Shown here: piece by piece, positions 25,185 through 37,729 of the stretch
Numbering within the stretch: position 1 is the first letter of the stretch
How the letters are laid out: each line of letters begins with the position of its first letter
NCBI RefSeq assembly: GCF_006345805.1
Contig: NC_043026.1
Location: 5,642,001 to 5,706,000, forward strand
DNA length: 64,000 nucleotides
Origin: Octopus sinensis
Taxonomy: Eukaryota
Reading direction: 5' to 3'
Translations under genes and position numbers: made by a program
The notes under the pieces: generated by a model
Told to the model about the DNA's origin: nothing
The model's database searches: none
Seen by the model: only the letters and a program-made list of their open reading frames with translations

Positions 25185-25380
25185 ATATGAAAACACAAAG
25201 AGAAAATACAACAACGCGAGGACGTGGAACAAATATAGTATTATTGGACGCTCAGGAAGGAAGGAAAGAAAGAGGGTTTAACGTTTCAAGCGGAGCTCTT
25301 TGTCAGAAACATAGGAGAAGGAAAGATCCAGAGAAGGGAAGACAGGAAAAAAATCACCAACGGTACTCACGAGGTCAACA
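25185..25380 (-). mobile_element. Penelope-like terminal repeat fragment with a minimal hammerhead-like motif
   Basis: Reverse complement of 57825-58020. Contains CTGACAA-A-GAGC..GCTT-GAAACGTT. Confidence 0.6.
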
Positions 25381-27144
25381 TATATATATGTATATATATA
25401 TATATCGGTCCCTCTTGCCGAACCGCTAAGTGACGGGGAAGTAAACACACCAGCATCGGTTGTCATGCGATGTTGGGGGGGGACAAATACAGACACACAA
25501 ACATATACATACACATATATATATATGTGTGCGTGTGTGTTTGTGTGTCTGTGTTGTTCCCCCCAACATTGCTTGACAACCGATGCTGGTGTGTTTATGT
25601 CCTCATCACTTAGCGGTTCGGCAAAAGAGACCGATAAAATAAGTACTGGGCTTACAAAGAATTAGTCCTGGGGTCGATTTGCTCGACTAAAGGTGGTGCT
25701 CCAGCATGGCCACAGTCAAATGACTGAAACAAGTAAAAGAATAAAAGAATACATACATATGTAGGAGTGGCTGTGTGGTAAGTAGCTTGCTTACAAACCA
25801 CATGGTTCTGGGTTCAGTCTCACTGCTGGAGAGAAAGCATTGAAATAAAATAATTGACTCGTGTAAAAACGAGATTTTCAGAATCCTCTATTGGAGTCCC
25901 AGACTTCGGTGGCAGCAATGCCTGCAAATTGCACAAAATTTACTGGGGAAAGAATTGTAGAGGTTTATTGCCCCTAATTTGTGTAGAAATTGTAATTTGT
26001 GGTTAGATGGACTTTTTGGTCGAAAGATATTGTATTTTGAATTGTAAGGGGGTCATTACCTCGATATATGTATTTTTAAAAACAATGTTTTAGAGAAGCA
26101 GAGGATCAGCAGGCACCTTCTGCCTTCTCCCATCTTTACCATTTTAGTGCCAGTGGCACGTAAGAGAACCATCCGAACGTGTGCGTAGCCAGCGCCGCAT
26201 CGCCTGGCCTCCGTGCTGGTGGCACGTAACAAACACCATCCGATTGTGGCCGTTGCCAGCCTCGCCTGGCCTCCGTGCCGGTGGCACATAACAAACACCA
26301 TCCGAGCGTGGCCGTTCGCGAGCCTCATCTGGCACCTGTGTCAGTGGCACGTAAAAAGCACCCACTACACTCACGGAGTGGTTGGCGTTAGGAAGGGCAT
26401 CCAGCTGTAGAAACACTGCCAGATTTGACTGGACCTGGTGCAGCCTTCAGGCTTCCCAGACCCAGTTGAACCGTCCAACCCATGCTAGCATGGAAAGCGG
26501 ATGTTAAACGATGATGATGATGATGATCCACCTCATTAATGTTCATGTCCAGCCCGCAAGCCACCTATCTTTGTACTGCCTCTATGGCAAATTTGATAAA
26601 ATAAAGTAGCTTGCTTACCAACCACATGGTTCCAGATTCAGTCCCACTGCATGGCACCTTGGGCAGGTGTCTTCTACTATAACCTCTTGATTTATATTAG
26701 CCCTTGTGGCCTATAAAACTTGAATTAATTATTATTATTGTTATTGTTAAGGTAGTCATCGTCATCATCATCGTTTAGCGTCCGCTTTCCATGCTGGCAT
26801 GGGTTGGATGGTGCAACTGGGATCTGGGAAGCCAGAAGGCTGCACCAGGCCCAGTCTGATCTGGCAATGTTTCTACGGCTGGATGCCCTTCCTAATGCCA
26901 ACCACTCCGTGAGTGTAGTGGGTGCTTTTTATGTGCCGCTGGCACAGGTGCCAGACGAGGCTGGCAAACAGCCACACTTGGATGGTGCTTTTTACGTGCC
27001 ACCGGCATGGAGGCCAGGCGAGGCTGGCAATGGCCATGATTGGATGGTGCTTTTTACGTGCCACCGGCATGGGGGCCAGGTGAGGCTGGCAACAGTCACT
27101 ATCGGATGGTGATTTATACGTGCCACCGGCACGAAAGCTAGTCG

Positions 27145-27366
27145 GGGCTTGTCTACCTTCCTACTTATTAGGACTTTGGTTTTAGCTAGGTTGACTCTAA
27201 GGCCCTTCAATTCTAATCCTTGCTTCCACACCTGAAACTTCTCCTCCAGTTCTGATAGTGTCTCAGCAATTACAGCAAGGTCATCAGCGTAGAGGAGCTC
27301 CCAGGGGCATCCTGTCTTGAATTCCTCCGTTATTGCCTGGAGGACTATGATAAATAGGAGGGGGCT
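27145..27366 (-). pseudogene. RTE-clade LINE reverse-transcriptase fragment
   Basis: SPLLFIIVLQAITEEFKTGCPWELLYADDLAVIAETLSELEEKFQVWKQGLELKGLRVNLAKTKVLISRKVDKP (YADD motif), fused directly to the LINE 3' tail at 26765-27144. Confidence 0.9.
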
Positions 27367-27625
27367 AAAATCTTTTGTAGCATTTCATTGGTTTTTATGT
27401 TCTGAGTTCAAATTCTGCCAAGGTCAACTTTGCTTTTCCATTGTTACGGGGTTGATAAATCAAGTACCAGTGAAACAATGGGGTCAATAAATTAAGTGCC
27501 AGTGAAACACTGGGGTCGGTGTAATCGACTTACCCCTCCCCCCCAAATGCTGGCCTTGTGCCAAAATTTGAAACCATTATTCTTGTTGCTGTTTCATATG
27601 TCTTTTCTTAAATTTGTTTCCATAG

Positions 27626-27693
27626 CAACTAATTGCTCCCTTTACTGACTGTCACTTCAAATTCAGCGCTGAGACCAATGAACACGGCACAGG
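27626..27693 (+). CDS. RICTOR: RICTOR exon 7 (QLIAPFTDCHFKFSAETNEHGT)
   Basis: ttccatag| ... GG|gtaagt, 68 nt, phase 0/2. Matches RILAPYTDFHYRHSPDT. Confidence 0.93.
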
Positions 27694-27714
27694 GTAAGTA
27701 ATTTAAGCTTTTTG

Positions 27715-29472
27715 TGGGGCCCAGTTAGAATTTTCTTCTGGTTGAGTAGCCCATCCCGCTCAAAAGGTCCCTGATTAAGGGTTGTTTAAGGATGTTGAAC
27801 GAAACACCCATGTTTCCAGAGGTGAATTATTCAAACCCTAAAGAATCCCTCTCAACACACGGCTATGATGCTCCCCCACTACTTCTGCTTGTGATCGGAG
27901 ATGCACACATCATCAGTCACCAAGGGACATGCTCAACTGGCTAAGGTCAAACAACTGACAAGCAAATCTGTGGTATTGAGCAGAATATTTGCTGTAAAAC
28001 CCATCTTTTATACCAAGACAAAACAATGTACATGATAACACTTCCAATCAGTTAAGATCAGAAGCCATGAGAACCATTGCCTGGTACTGCATCAGGGCAT
28101 TTATTATTATTATTATATTATTATTATTATTGAGTGAGAAATGTGAATTATTCAAACCCCAAAGAATCCCTCACAACACATGGCTATGATGCTCCCCCAC
28201 TACTTCTGCTCGTGAGCAGAGATGCACATATCGTCAGCCACTAAGGGACATGCTCAACTGGTTAAGGTCAAACAACTGACCAAGCAAATCTGTGGTATTG
28301 AGCAGAATATTTGCTGTAGCCCATCTTTTATACCAAGACAAAACAATGTACATGATAACACTTCCAATCAGTTAAGATCAGAAGCCACAAGAGCCACTGC
28401 CTGGTACTGCATCAGGGCATTTATTATTATTATTATTATTATTATCATTGAGTCAGCCACTAAGGGACATGCTCAACTGGTTACGGTCAAACAACTGACA
28501 AGCAAATCTGTGGTATTGAGCAGAATATTTGCTGTAGCCCATCTTTTATACCAAGACAAAATAATGTACATGATAACACTTCCAATCAGTTAAGATCAGA
28601 AGCCATCCTCATCCTCCTCTTCATCATCATCATCATCCTGTTTTTCTTTTTTTTGTTTTTACTGTGTTGTACTATGTGTGCTTCCCTTTTTTTTTATTGT
28701 ATACCATGTATACTTCATTATATATATATATATATTTTCTTTTTATTATTATTATTATTATTTTATTTTTATCATTTCATTATTTGCAAAAACCCTTTAT
28801 TTTTTTGTCTCTCATCCTTTCTCCTGATGGCAAATATAAGAAAACATTGAGCTGGCAGAATCATTAGCACGCTGGATGAAATGCTTAGCGGTATTTTGTC
28901 TGCCGTTACGTTCTGAGTTCGAATTCCGCCGAGGTCGACTTTGCCTTTCATCCTTTCGGGGTTGATAAATTAAGTAGCAGTTACACACTGGGGTCGATAT
29001 AATTGACTTAATCCATTTGTCTGTCCTTGTTTGTCCCTTCTGTGTTTAGCTCCTTGTGGGTAGTAAAGAAATAGGTATTTCATCTGCTGCTACGTTCTGA
29101 ATTCAAATTCCGCTGAGGTTGACTTTGCCTTTCATCCTTTCGGGGTTGATAAATTAAGTACTAGTTACACACTGGGGTCGATATAATCGACTTAATCCAT
29201 TTGTCTATCCTTGTTTGTCCCTTCTGTGTTTAGCTCCTTGTGGGTAGTAAAGAAATAGGTATTTCGTCTGCCGCTATGTTCTGAGTTCAAATTCTGCTGA
29301 GGTTGACTTTGCCTTTCATCCTTTTGGAGTCAATGAATTAAGTACCAGTTGCATACTGGGGTCAATCTAATCGACTGACCCCCCCTTTCCCCCAAAATAT
29401 CAGGCTTTCTGCTTATAATATAAAGGATTATTATTATTATTATTGTTATTATTATTATTATTATCATTATTA

Positions 29473-29504
<32 letters not shown>

Positions 29505-30025
29505 GAGTGAGAGAGCAGTTCATGCCATCAAGGTGACACTGGGGTAAAATATACAAAGCCCAATATACCCATCATGACTACCCGTCTGATAAAGGTACAC
29601 CAGGCACATGCATCACAACCATATGTGCGCGACATGGTGATCTTATATCAAGATAAACAGCACATGACCTTGCAGGTGGGGCCCAGTTAGAATTTTCTTC
29701 AGGTTGCGTAGCCCATCCCGCTCAAACGGTCTCTGAATAAGGGTTGTTTAAGGATGTTGAAAGAACCACCCATGTTTCCAGAGGTGAACTATTCAAACCC
29801 TAAAGAATCCCTCTCAACACATGGCTATGATGCTCCCCCACTACTTCTGCTCGTGATCAGAGATGCCCATATCGTCAGCCACTAAGGGACATGATCAACT
29901 GGTTAAGGTCAAACAACTGACAAGCAAATCTGTGGTATTGAGCAGAATATTTGCTGTAGCCCATCTTTTATACCAAGACAAAACAATGTACATGATAACA
30001 CTTCCAATCAGTTAAGATCAGAATA
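27715..30025. repeat. Cluster of an unclassified (ATT)n-flanked interspersed repeat (4 partial copies)
   Basis: gaatccctctcaacacatggctatgatgctcccccactacttctgc...ttaagatcagaa at about 27715-28110, 28140-28420, 28450-28605 and 29505-30025. Head also at 39460-39600. Confidence 0.8.
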
Positions 30026-30058
30026 TTATCATTATTATTATTATTATCATTATTATTA

Positions 30059-30114
<56 letters not shown>

Positions 30115-30204
30115 TTAATGGTATTAAAAAAACAACAAGCATATAAATAAAAGAAAATATATAACAAAAAAAACATATCTTTTATTTGGATTTTTCTATT
30201 TCAG

Positions 30205-30255
30205 AGAGTTAGAACATCGCCATGGGGCTTTTAAACGCCCTAAACCATCTTCAGT
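30205..30255 (+). CDS. RICTOR: RICTOR candidate extra exon 8 (G-ELEHRHGAFKRPKPSS), frame-preserving
   Basis: tttttctatttcag| 51 nt |gtaagt, phase 2/2. Only the frame required by the flanking exons is free of stops. No homology support. Confidence 0.6.
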
Positions 30256-30259
30256 GTAA

Positions 30260-31070
30260 GTTGTTGGTGGTGGGTGGTGTGGTGTGGTGTGGTCGCATGA
30301 TGGTGGTGGTGGGTGGTGGGGAAGCATGATCTCTGCTGGTGATGGTGATATTGGTAGTGGTACTCTGTGGGGGAAGCATGACCTGTAGTGGTGATGGTGG
30401 TGGTGGTTGTGGTGTTGTTGGTGTCATAGTGTAGGTGAAAGTGTGGTGGTGATGACTGTAGAAATCATGGGCCGTGGGTGTAGGTAGTGGCATAAAGGTT
30501 GGGGTGAGTGCTGTAGTGTTTGGTGTAAGTAGAGGGTGTGGTGATGGTGGTGGTGGTGGTGGTGGTGTTGGTGTCATAGTGTAGGTGGAAGTGTGGTGGT
30601 GATGACGACGGTGGTAGAAGTCATGGGCCGTGGGTGATTGTGGTGGTGTAGGTAGTGGCATAAAGGTTGGGGGTGAGTGCTGTAGTGTTTGGTGTAAGTA
30701 GAGGGTGTGGTGATGGTGGTGACGGTGGTGGTGGTAGTGTAGGGAGAGTGCTGTTGTGGTGGTTGTAGTGGGGATTATAGTGTCATAGTGTATATGTGGT
30801 GTGTGCTAATAAGGTGGTGGTGGTGGTGGTCATGAAATGCTGTGGCTGTGGTAGCAGTAGTAGTATAATGAGTGGTGTGGTACTGTTGAGGATGTAGGGA
30901 AGATTGTTAGTGGTGGTGGTGGTGGTGGTGGTGGGAGTTGTGGTGGTGTAGTAAAAGTGGTAGTGGTTGTGGTGGTGGTGGTTGTAGTGGTGTTGATGGT
31001 AGCGCTGGTGGTTGTGCAGCTAGGGATTGCTGTGGCTCTGGTGGTAGTGATTGTAGAGAGAGAGAGAGAG
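30260..31070. repeat. (GGT)n-rich low-complexity tract following the 51-nt exon
   Basis: Directly visible. Confidence 0.9.
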
Positions 31071-33649
31071 AGAGAGAAGGAGAAGGAATACACATTGAAT
31101 AATGTACTCCTAGATATATTATGACTGTGAAAGCAAACAAAAAAGTAAATAAAATATATAAATAGAAGCTTGTATGGTCACTACTCTTTCAGGTCTGACC
31201 TAGGGCTAAACAGGAGCAACAGCAGCAATAACCCTTACAGAAGGAGATCCTAGACAGCGGTGTTGTTGTTTAACCCCAGGTCAGCCTTAATCGAGCAGAC
31301 TGATGATGAGAGGCATTCCAACCATGACCATCCTGTCTCTCCCCAACCCCACCGCCCTTGATTTGTGTAGGAAACTCAGGACTGTTATTCAATGTGTCCC
31401 TTCCTTTTCTAAGATGGCGTAGTGTGAGCTTCGAGGGAGATTTGGCTGCTGTTTCTAGCAGGCTGCACGTTATTTGTAAGAGACAGCATACTGGAGCAAA
31501 ATGGGGAATTTGTTTTGTTTGGGGAAAAAAAAAAAAAAGGGGTCATGTCCCCACCTTTCTCCTCTTCCTCCTCCTCTCCTTTATTATCTGGTTGTTACAG
31601 CTATTCTCCTCCTCCTCCTCCTTTCCATACCACCACCATCACCACCATCACCACCATCACCACCGCTGCTGCCTGGATACCATTGCAGCTGTGTCCCATG
31701 CCACGTCCGTCCACTCACACCCCTGTGATCCCTTGTAGGGTGGATTTATATTTGTTGATTGGTTCAATCCAGACTAATTCATTAATCTCCGTTCCCCCCT
31801 AATGACCTAATGATAACAGAGCATGATTCAACACCCCCTGCTTATCCTTATCGTCCCCTTTTCTTTTCCTTCCTTTTTTTTTTTTGTTTTACTTCACCTG
31901 TTCAGGACCCACCAGACAGAAGATGGAATTGTATGTATGTTTGTGTGTGTGTGTGTGTGTGTATAAATAATATATATATATATATATATATGTAAATATA
32001 GGCGCAGGAGTGGCTGTGTGGTAAGTAGCTTGCTAACCAACCACATGGTTCTGGGTTCAGTCCCACTGCGTGGCACCTTGGGCAAGTGTCTTCTACTATA
32101 GCCTCGGGCCGACCAAAGCCTTGTGAGTGGATTTGGTTGACGGAAACTGAAAGAAGCCCGTCGTATGTATATAGTTATGTGTGTGTTTGTGTGTCTGTGT
32201 TTGTCCCCCTAGCATTGCTTGACAACCGATGCTGGTGTGTTTATGTCCCCGTTACTTAGCGGTTCGGCAAAAGAGACCGATAGAATAAGTACTGGGCTTA
32301 CAAAGAATAAGTCCCGGGGTCGATTTGCTCGACTAAAGGCAGTGCTCCAGCATGGCCACAGTCAAATGACTGAAACAAGTAAAAGAGTAAAGTGTATATG
32401 GATATATGCAAACATATATATTGGGTCGTCTGGAAAGTTCGTGGCGAGCTGGCAGAATCGTTAGCACACAGGGTGAAATGCTTAGCGGTATTTTGTCTGC
32501 TGCTACGTTAGGAGTTCAAATTCCACCAAGGTCGACTTTGTCTATCATCCTCTCGGGGTCGATAAATTAAGTACCAGTTGCATACGAGGGTCGATTTGAT
32601 TGACTGGACCTCCCCCAAAAAAAATTTAGGGCCTTGTGCCTAGAGTAGAAAAGGATATTTATTAATCCAAAAGTGGTGACCTGGCAGAATCATTAGCACA
32701 CTGGATGAAATGCTTAGCGGTATTTCGTCTGCTGCTACGTTCTGAGTTCAAATTCCACCAAGGTCGACTTTGTCTATCATCCTCTCAGGGTTGATAAATT
32801 AAGTACCAGTTGCATACTGGGGCCGATCTGATCAACTGGACCCCTCCCCCCCACAAAAAATTTTGGACCTTGTGCCTAGGTGGCGAACTGGCAGAATCGT
32901 TAGCACACCGGGTGAAATGTTTAGCGGTATTTTGTCTATCTTTATGTTCTGAGTTCAAATTCCACCGAAGTTGACTTTGCCTTTCATCCTCTCGGGGCCC
33001 GATGAATTAAGTACCAGTTGCATACTTGGGTCGATCTGATTGACTGCCCTGCACCCCCACCCCCCAAAAAAATTCGGGCTTTGTGCCTAGAGTAGAAATG
33101 AATATTCCGGATTTTTCCGCCGAGATCACCTTTGCCTTTCATCCTTTCGGGGGTCGACTGGCCCCATTCCCCTCAAAAATTTCAGGCCTTCTGCCTAGAG
33201 TAGAAAAGAATATTCCGGATTTTAAAAAATTAATCTCTCTCTCTCTCTCTCTCACACTTATCTTACCTTTTGAATTAGCCTGCTTGTTTATCCCTTCTCT
33301 GTTGACCCCTCTCTCTTTCTTTCCTACCCTTTTTGGACCTCTTCCCCCCCTCATTTGCTCCCCCTCCTGCCTCGGTTTGCAGTTTTCTTTTTATTTCTGC
33401 GTTTGTGTTTCTTGTACTAATTGAGAACGCATTAATTATGAATATGTATTGTATTTTTGTATGTGTATATTTACACATACCTATGATTGTGTATACACTT
33501 ATGATTGTGTATATACACTTATATATGCATACCCTGTGTTTATGTATAGTATATGTACCATTTCTGCTGATATATAAATACATAGACAATATATATATAA
33601 GTCAGTCTATAGTACATTTTGTGTGTGTGTGTGTGTATATATATATAAA

Positions 33650-33847
33650 GGGAAAGTTTACGAAAATAAACAAAAGACGAAGGCAGGTGGAGTACAAACA
33701 AACAAATGTATTAGTATAGCGCTCAGGAATAGAAATAGAAAAAGTCTTTTACGTTTCGAGCGTACGCTCTTCAACAGAAAGATACACAGAAAAGAAACAC
33801 GGAGAGAAACAAGGAGAGAAAAAAAATGCGTGCAGAAGCTAGCGATT

Positions 33848-33878
<31 letters not shown>

Positions 33879-34065
33879 ACGGGAAGGTTTATGAAACTAA
33901 ACAAAAGACGAACGCAGGTGGAGTACAAACAAACAAATGTATTAGTATGGCGCTCAGGAATAGAAATAAAATAAGTCTTTTACGTTTCAAGCGTACGCTC
34001 TTCGACAGAAAGATACACAGAAAAAAAACAAGGAGAGAAAAGAATGCGTGTAGGAGCTAACGATC
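33650..34065 (-). mobile_element. Tandem pair of Penelope-like terminal repeats with hammerhead-like motifs
   Basis: Two copies of about 200 bp (gggaaagtttacgaaaataaac...gctagcgat), each containing ttttacgtttc(g/a)agcgtacgctcttc(a/g)acagaaaga. Confidence 0.6.
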
Positions 34066-34164
34066 TATCATGGCATCCTGACGTCCAATATACACACACA
34101 CACACACACACACATATATATGCAAACACACACGCACACATATGTATCTACATTCACACACATA

Positions 34165-34563
34165 TCTTTATATATAAAAGTCAAGTTGTGTGTCTGTCTG
34201 TCTCCTACAATTTAGATTCCTAACTACTCCCACATTTTGTGGTGCAGTTTAACCAAAAGCGGGTATCTTATAGTTGTGATTCATATCGAGCCCTTCTGGG
34301 TATTAGTGCACGTCTACGATAAGTCTACGATTTAAAAAAAAATTTACCATAATTTTTTCTCATTTTAATGCATTTTCGCTCGGTTTATATAAGGGATGTA
34401 ACTCTCTAAAAATGTATTATTAAATCTCAGAATGTAAACAGCTACAGTAACACCCCCCTTTGTGGTTAGCCATACTGAGATGGCTATTATACTTTACATC
34501 TCTAAAAATGCTTATATAGTTATTTCCCTTACAAACCCGAGCAACGCCGGGCGATACTGCTAG
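34165..34563 (+). mobile_element. Non-autonomous Helitron-like element
   Basis: Starts TCTTTATATATAAAAG; ends cccgagcaacgccggg-cgatactg-CTAG followed by T. Confidence 0.75.
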
Positions 34564-34725
34564 TAAGAATATAAATTCCATGTCTTTCATCAGCGTAAGA
34601 AATCTACCAGTAAATAATTGTTGGTTTTTTTTAAAAACCATTAAAGCTTTTATTTACTCTTATTATATTGCTATATATATATATATACACTCACACATAT
34701 ATATGTGTATGTATACATATATATA

Positions 34726-34795
<70 letters not shown>

Positions 34796-34845
34796 CATAT
34801 ATATATAGTGGTTGTTTTAATGTAAGTTCTTTTTATTTCTCAAAG

Positions 34846-34913
34846 AGATGAACAGGAGACTCGATTCAAGGCAAGCAAGATGGCCCTTCTAACTGTGATG
34901 AGATCTTGGCCAG
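34846..34913 (+). CDS. RICTOR: RICTOR exon 9 ([22 protein letters not shown])
   Basis: ctcaaag| ... CAG|gtgagt, 68 nt, phase 2/1. Matches EDREARFLASKMGIIATFRSWAG. Confidence 0.95.
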
Positions 34914-35049
34914 GTGAGTAACCCCCTTACCTCATCGCTTGGTTTTTCTCACATGTTTCATCGCTGTTCTCAAAGATTGTGTTTAGCCTTTGATTCTCTA
35001 GTTCTTTGCTTATGTGTTCTAACGATTTAGTTAGCATCTGGTTTGGTGT

Positions 35050-35495
35050 TTAACCCTTTAGTGTTCTGATTATTCTATCAAACATAATGCTTAGTGATTC
35101 CCATTGATTTGAATTAATCATGCATTATCTCATATCTTCAAGATCTTGATGGTGTAATTACTTAACCCTTTAGTGTTCAGATTATTCAATCAAACATAAT
35201 GCTTAGTGATTCCCATTGATTTGAATTAATCATGCATTATCTCATATCTTCAAGATCTTGATGGTGTAATTACTTAACCCTTTAGTGTTCAGATTATTCA
35301 ATCAAACATAATGCTTAGTGATTCCCATTGATTTGAATTAATCATGCATTATCTCATATCTTCAAGATCTTGATGGTGTAATTACTTAATGTAGAATAAC
35401 ATTGTAGGGTAGGTGTGAGAGCCTGGATCTGGTCAGTTTGAACATAAAACAGATTAAATATTTTGGCCGGATATGGCCGGTTTAAATAGGGTTAA
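35050..35495. mobile_element. piggyBac-type MITE (TTAA-CCCT...AGGG-TTAA) with its first 112 bp triplicated
   Basis: ttaaccctttagtg at 35050, 35162 and 35274; aataggg-ttaa at 35495. Confidence 0.7.
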
Positions 35496-35854
35496 GCATG
35501 TTCTAATAAATTTCTGCTTAGCGTGGGTTTGTCTTAGTACAGTGAATCTCAACCAGGGTCTATACGGTCCTTAGTGACCCATATAAGATTATTTTGTTAA
35601 AATTTATGTACAGTAAATTGTTTATATTTCTACAGTACAGAAAATATTTTAACAATTTCTTTTTATGCAATTCTTAATAATATTTAACCCTTTCATAACC
35701 AACCCGGCTGAAACCGGCTCTGGCTCTGTAGTACAAATGTCTTGTTTTCATAAGTTTTGAATTAAAATCTTCTACCAAACCTTAGTCACACTCCTGTCTT
35801 AATCATCATTAACTTGTTTCAGTCATTAGACTTTGGCCATGCTGTGGCACCCAA

Positions 35855-36640
35855 AATTCATTTTACAGGTCCGATCCCAGATTTCATGCTACAGTTTTCT
35901 GCATAAATTTCACACCACACGCTTGATTTGCCCAGACTCCATACTCTAGTTTTAATCACTATATTTCATTTCACAGTTCTGATCTCAGATTTCATGCTAC
36001 AATTTTCTGCTTAAATTTCACACCACACTCTTGATTTGCCCAGATTCCACACTCCAGGTCAGTTTTAATCACTAAATTTCATTTTACAGTTCTGATCCCA
36101 GATTTCATGCGACAATTTTCTTCTTAAATTCCATACCACACACTTGATTTGCCCAGATTCCACACTCCAGTTTTAATCACTAAATTTCATTTTACAGTTC
36201 TGATCCCAGATTTCATGCGACAATTTTCTTCTTAAATTCCATACCACACACTTGATTTGCCCAGATTCCACACTCCAGTTTTAATCACTAAATTTCATTT
36301 CACAGTTCTGATCCCAGATTTCATGCGACAATTTTCTTCTTAAATTCCATACCACACACTTGATTTGCCCAGATTCCACACTCCAGTTTTAATCACTATA
36401 TTTCATTTCACTGTTCTAATCCCAGATTTCATGCTACAGTTTTCTGCTTAAATTTCACACCACACACTTGATTTGCCCAGATTTCACACTCCAATTTTAA
36501 TCACCAAATTTCATTTCACAGTTCTGATCCCAGATTTCATACTACAATTTTCTGCATAAATTTCACACCACACACTTGATTTGCCCAGATTCCACACTCC
36601 AGTTTTAATTGCCAAATTTCACAGTTCTGCCCACCTGCCA
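35855..36640. repeat. 108-bp tandem satellite, about 7.5 copies
   Basis: The acagttctgatcccagatttcatg motif recurs at 35865, 35973, 36086, 36194, 36302, 36410, 36518 and 36621. Confidence 0.95.
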
Positions 36641-36768
36641 GTTTTGTCCTAGATTTCATGCCGGTTTTTTTGGTTTTTACTGTTTATATTTCATGCCACA
36701 CTCTTGATACTTCCCAGATCCCATACTGCAGTTTTTGACCCTTTCTCCACTACTCTTCATTATTTCAG

Positions 36769-36851
36769 GGCTTATCAGAATGTGTCGACCAACAGGCTCA
36801 GGGTTACAGTCCCTGATAGGCATCCTATATATCCAAAACAATGAGATTAGG
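36769..36851 (+). CDS. RICTOR: RICTOR exon 10 (GLIRMCRPTGSGLQSLIGILYIQNNEIR)
   Basis: atttcag| ... AGG|gtgagt, 83 nt, phase 1/0. Matches GIINLCKPGNSGIQSLIGVLCIPNMEIR. Confidence 0.96.
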
Positions 36852-36882
36852 GTGAGTTAATTTCCCTTTACTTCTCTCACTC

Positions 36883-36926
<44 letters not shown>

Positions 36927-37171
36927 CAGCCCATCTTTGACCACATCTTACACTTTTTCCCCTCTTCCCTTTGAACTTTTCATTCCTCCCCCTCTCCCCT
37001 CCCCCCTCCTCTCCTCCCCTCCTCCTCCTCCTAATTTCCTCCCACTCCCTCCTCCCTCCCCATCCCATCCACTCCCCTCCCCCACCACCTCCCCTCATTT
37101 CTTCCCTCCCCTCCCCATCTCTACTCCCATCCTCCTCTTCCTCCTCCTCCTTCCCCTCCTCTTCCCCCCAT

Positions 37172-37480
37172 CCAACTCATGCCAGCATGGAAAACTGTCC
37201 AACTCATACTAGCTCCTGTCAAACCGTCCAACTCATACCAGCTCCTGTCAAACCGTCCAACTCATGCCAACTCCTGTCAAACCGTCCAACTCATGCTGTC
37301 AAACCGTCCAACTCATGCCAACTCCTGTCAAACCGTCCAACTCATGCCAACTCCTGTCAAACCGTCCAACTCATGCTGTCAAACCGTCCAACTCATGCCA
37401 ACTCCTGTCAAACCGTCCAACTCATGCCAGCTCCTGCCAAACCGTCCAACTCATGCCAGCATGGAAAATGGACGTTAAAC
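37172..37480 (+). repeat. 21-29-bp minisatellite derived from the RTE tail (aaaccgtccaactcatgcc...)
   Basis: About 10 units, ending in the normal tail gcatggaaaatggacgttaaacgatga. Confidence 0.85.
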
Positions 37481-37541
37481 GATGAAGACGATGATGCATA
37501 ATTGTCCCTTTGTCTTTTTTTTCTCTCTCTCTCCTCCACAG

Positions 37542-37629
37542 CAAGCCATCATGGATGTGATGTTCGACTTGTTCCGCCTAACCACTCCGAAGTTGACAGA
37601 CAGTTTTGTCGAAGCTTTAAACAGTGTTG
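37542..37629 (+). CDS. RICTOR: RICTOR exon 11 (QAIMDVMFDLFRLTTPKLTDSFVEALNSV)
   Basis: ccacag| ... G|gtgagt, 88 nt, phase 0/1. Matches RGLLEVLYDIFRLPLPVVTEEFIEALLSV. Confidence 0.96.
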
Positions 37630-37729
37630 GTGAGTTTAACTTTCCCCTGTTCTACATGTTTTCGTTCATCTCCGTCGATCATTATCTCAGCCTCACACCT
37701 TACATTGTCTCACTTGTCCCTCTTTCCAG

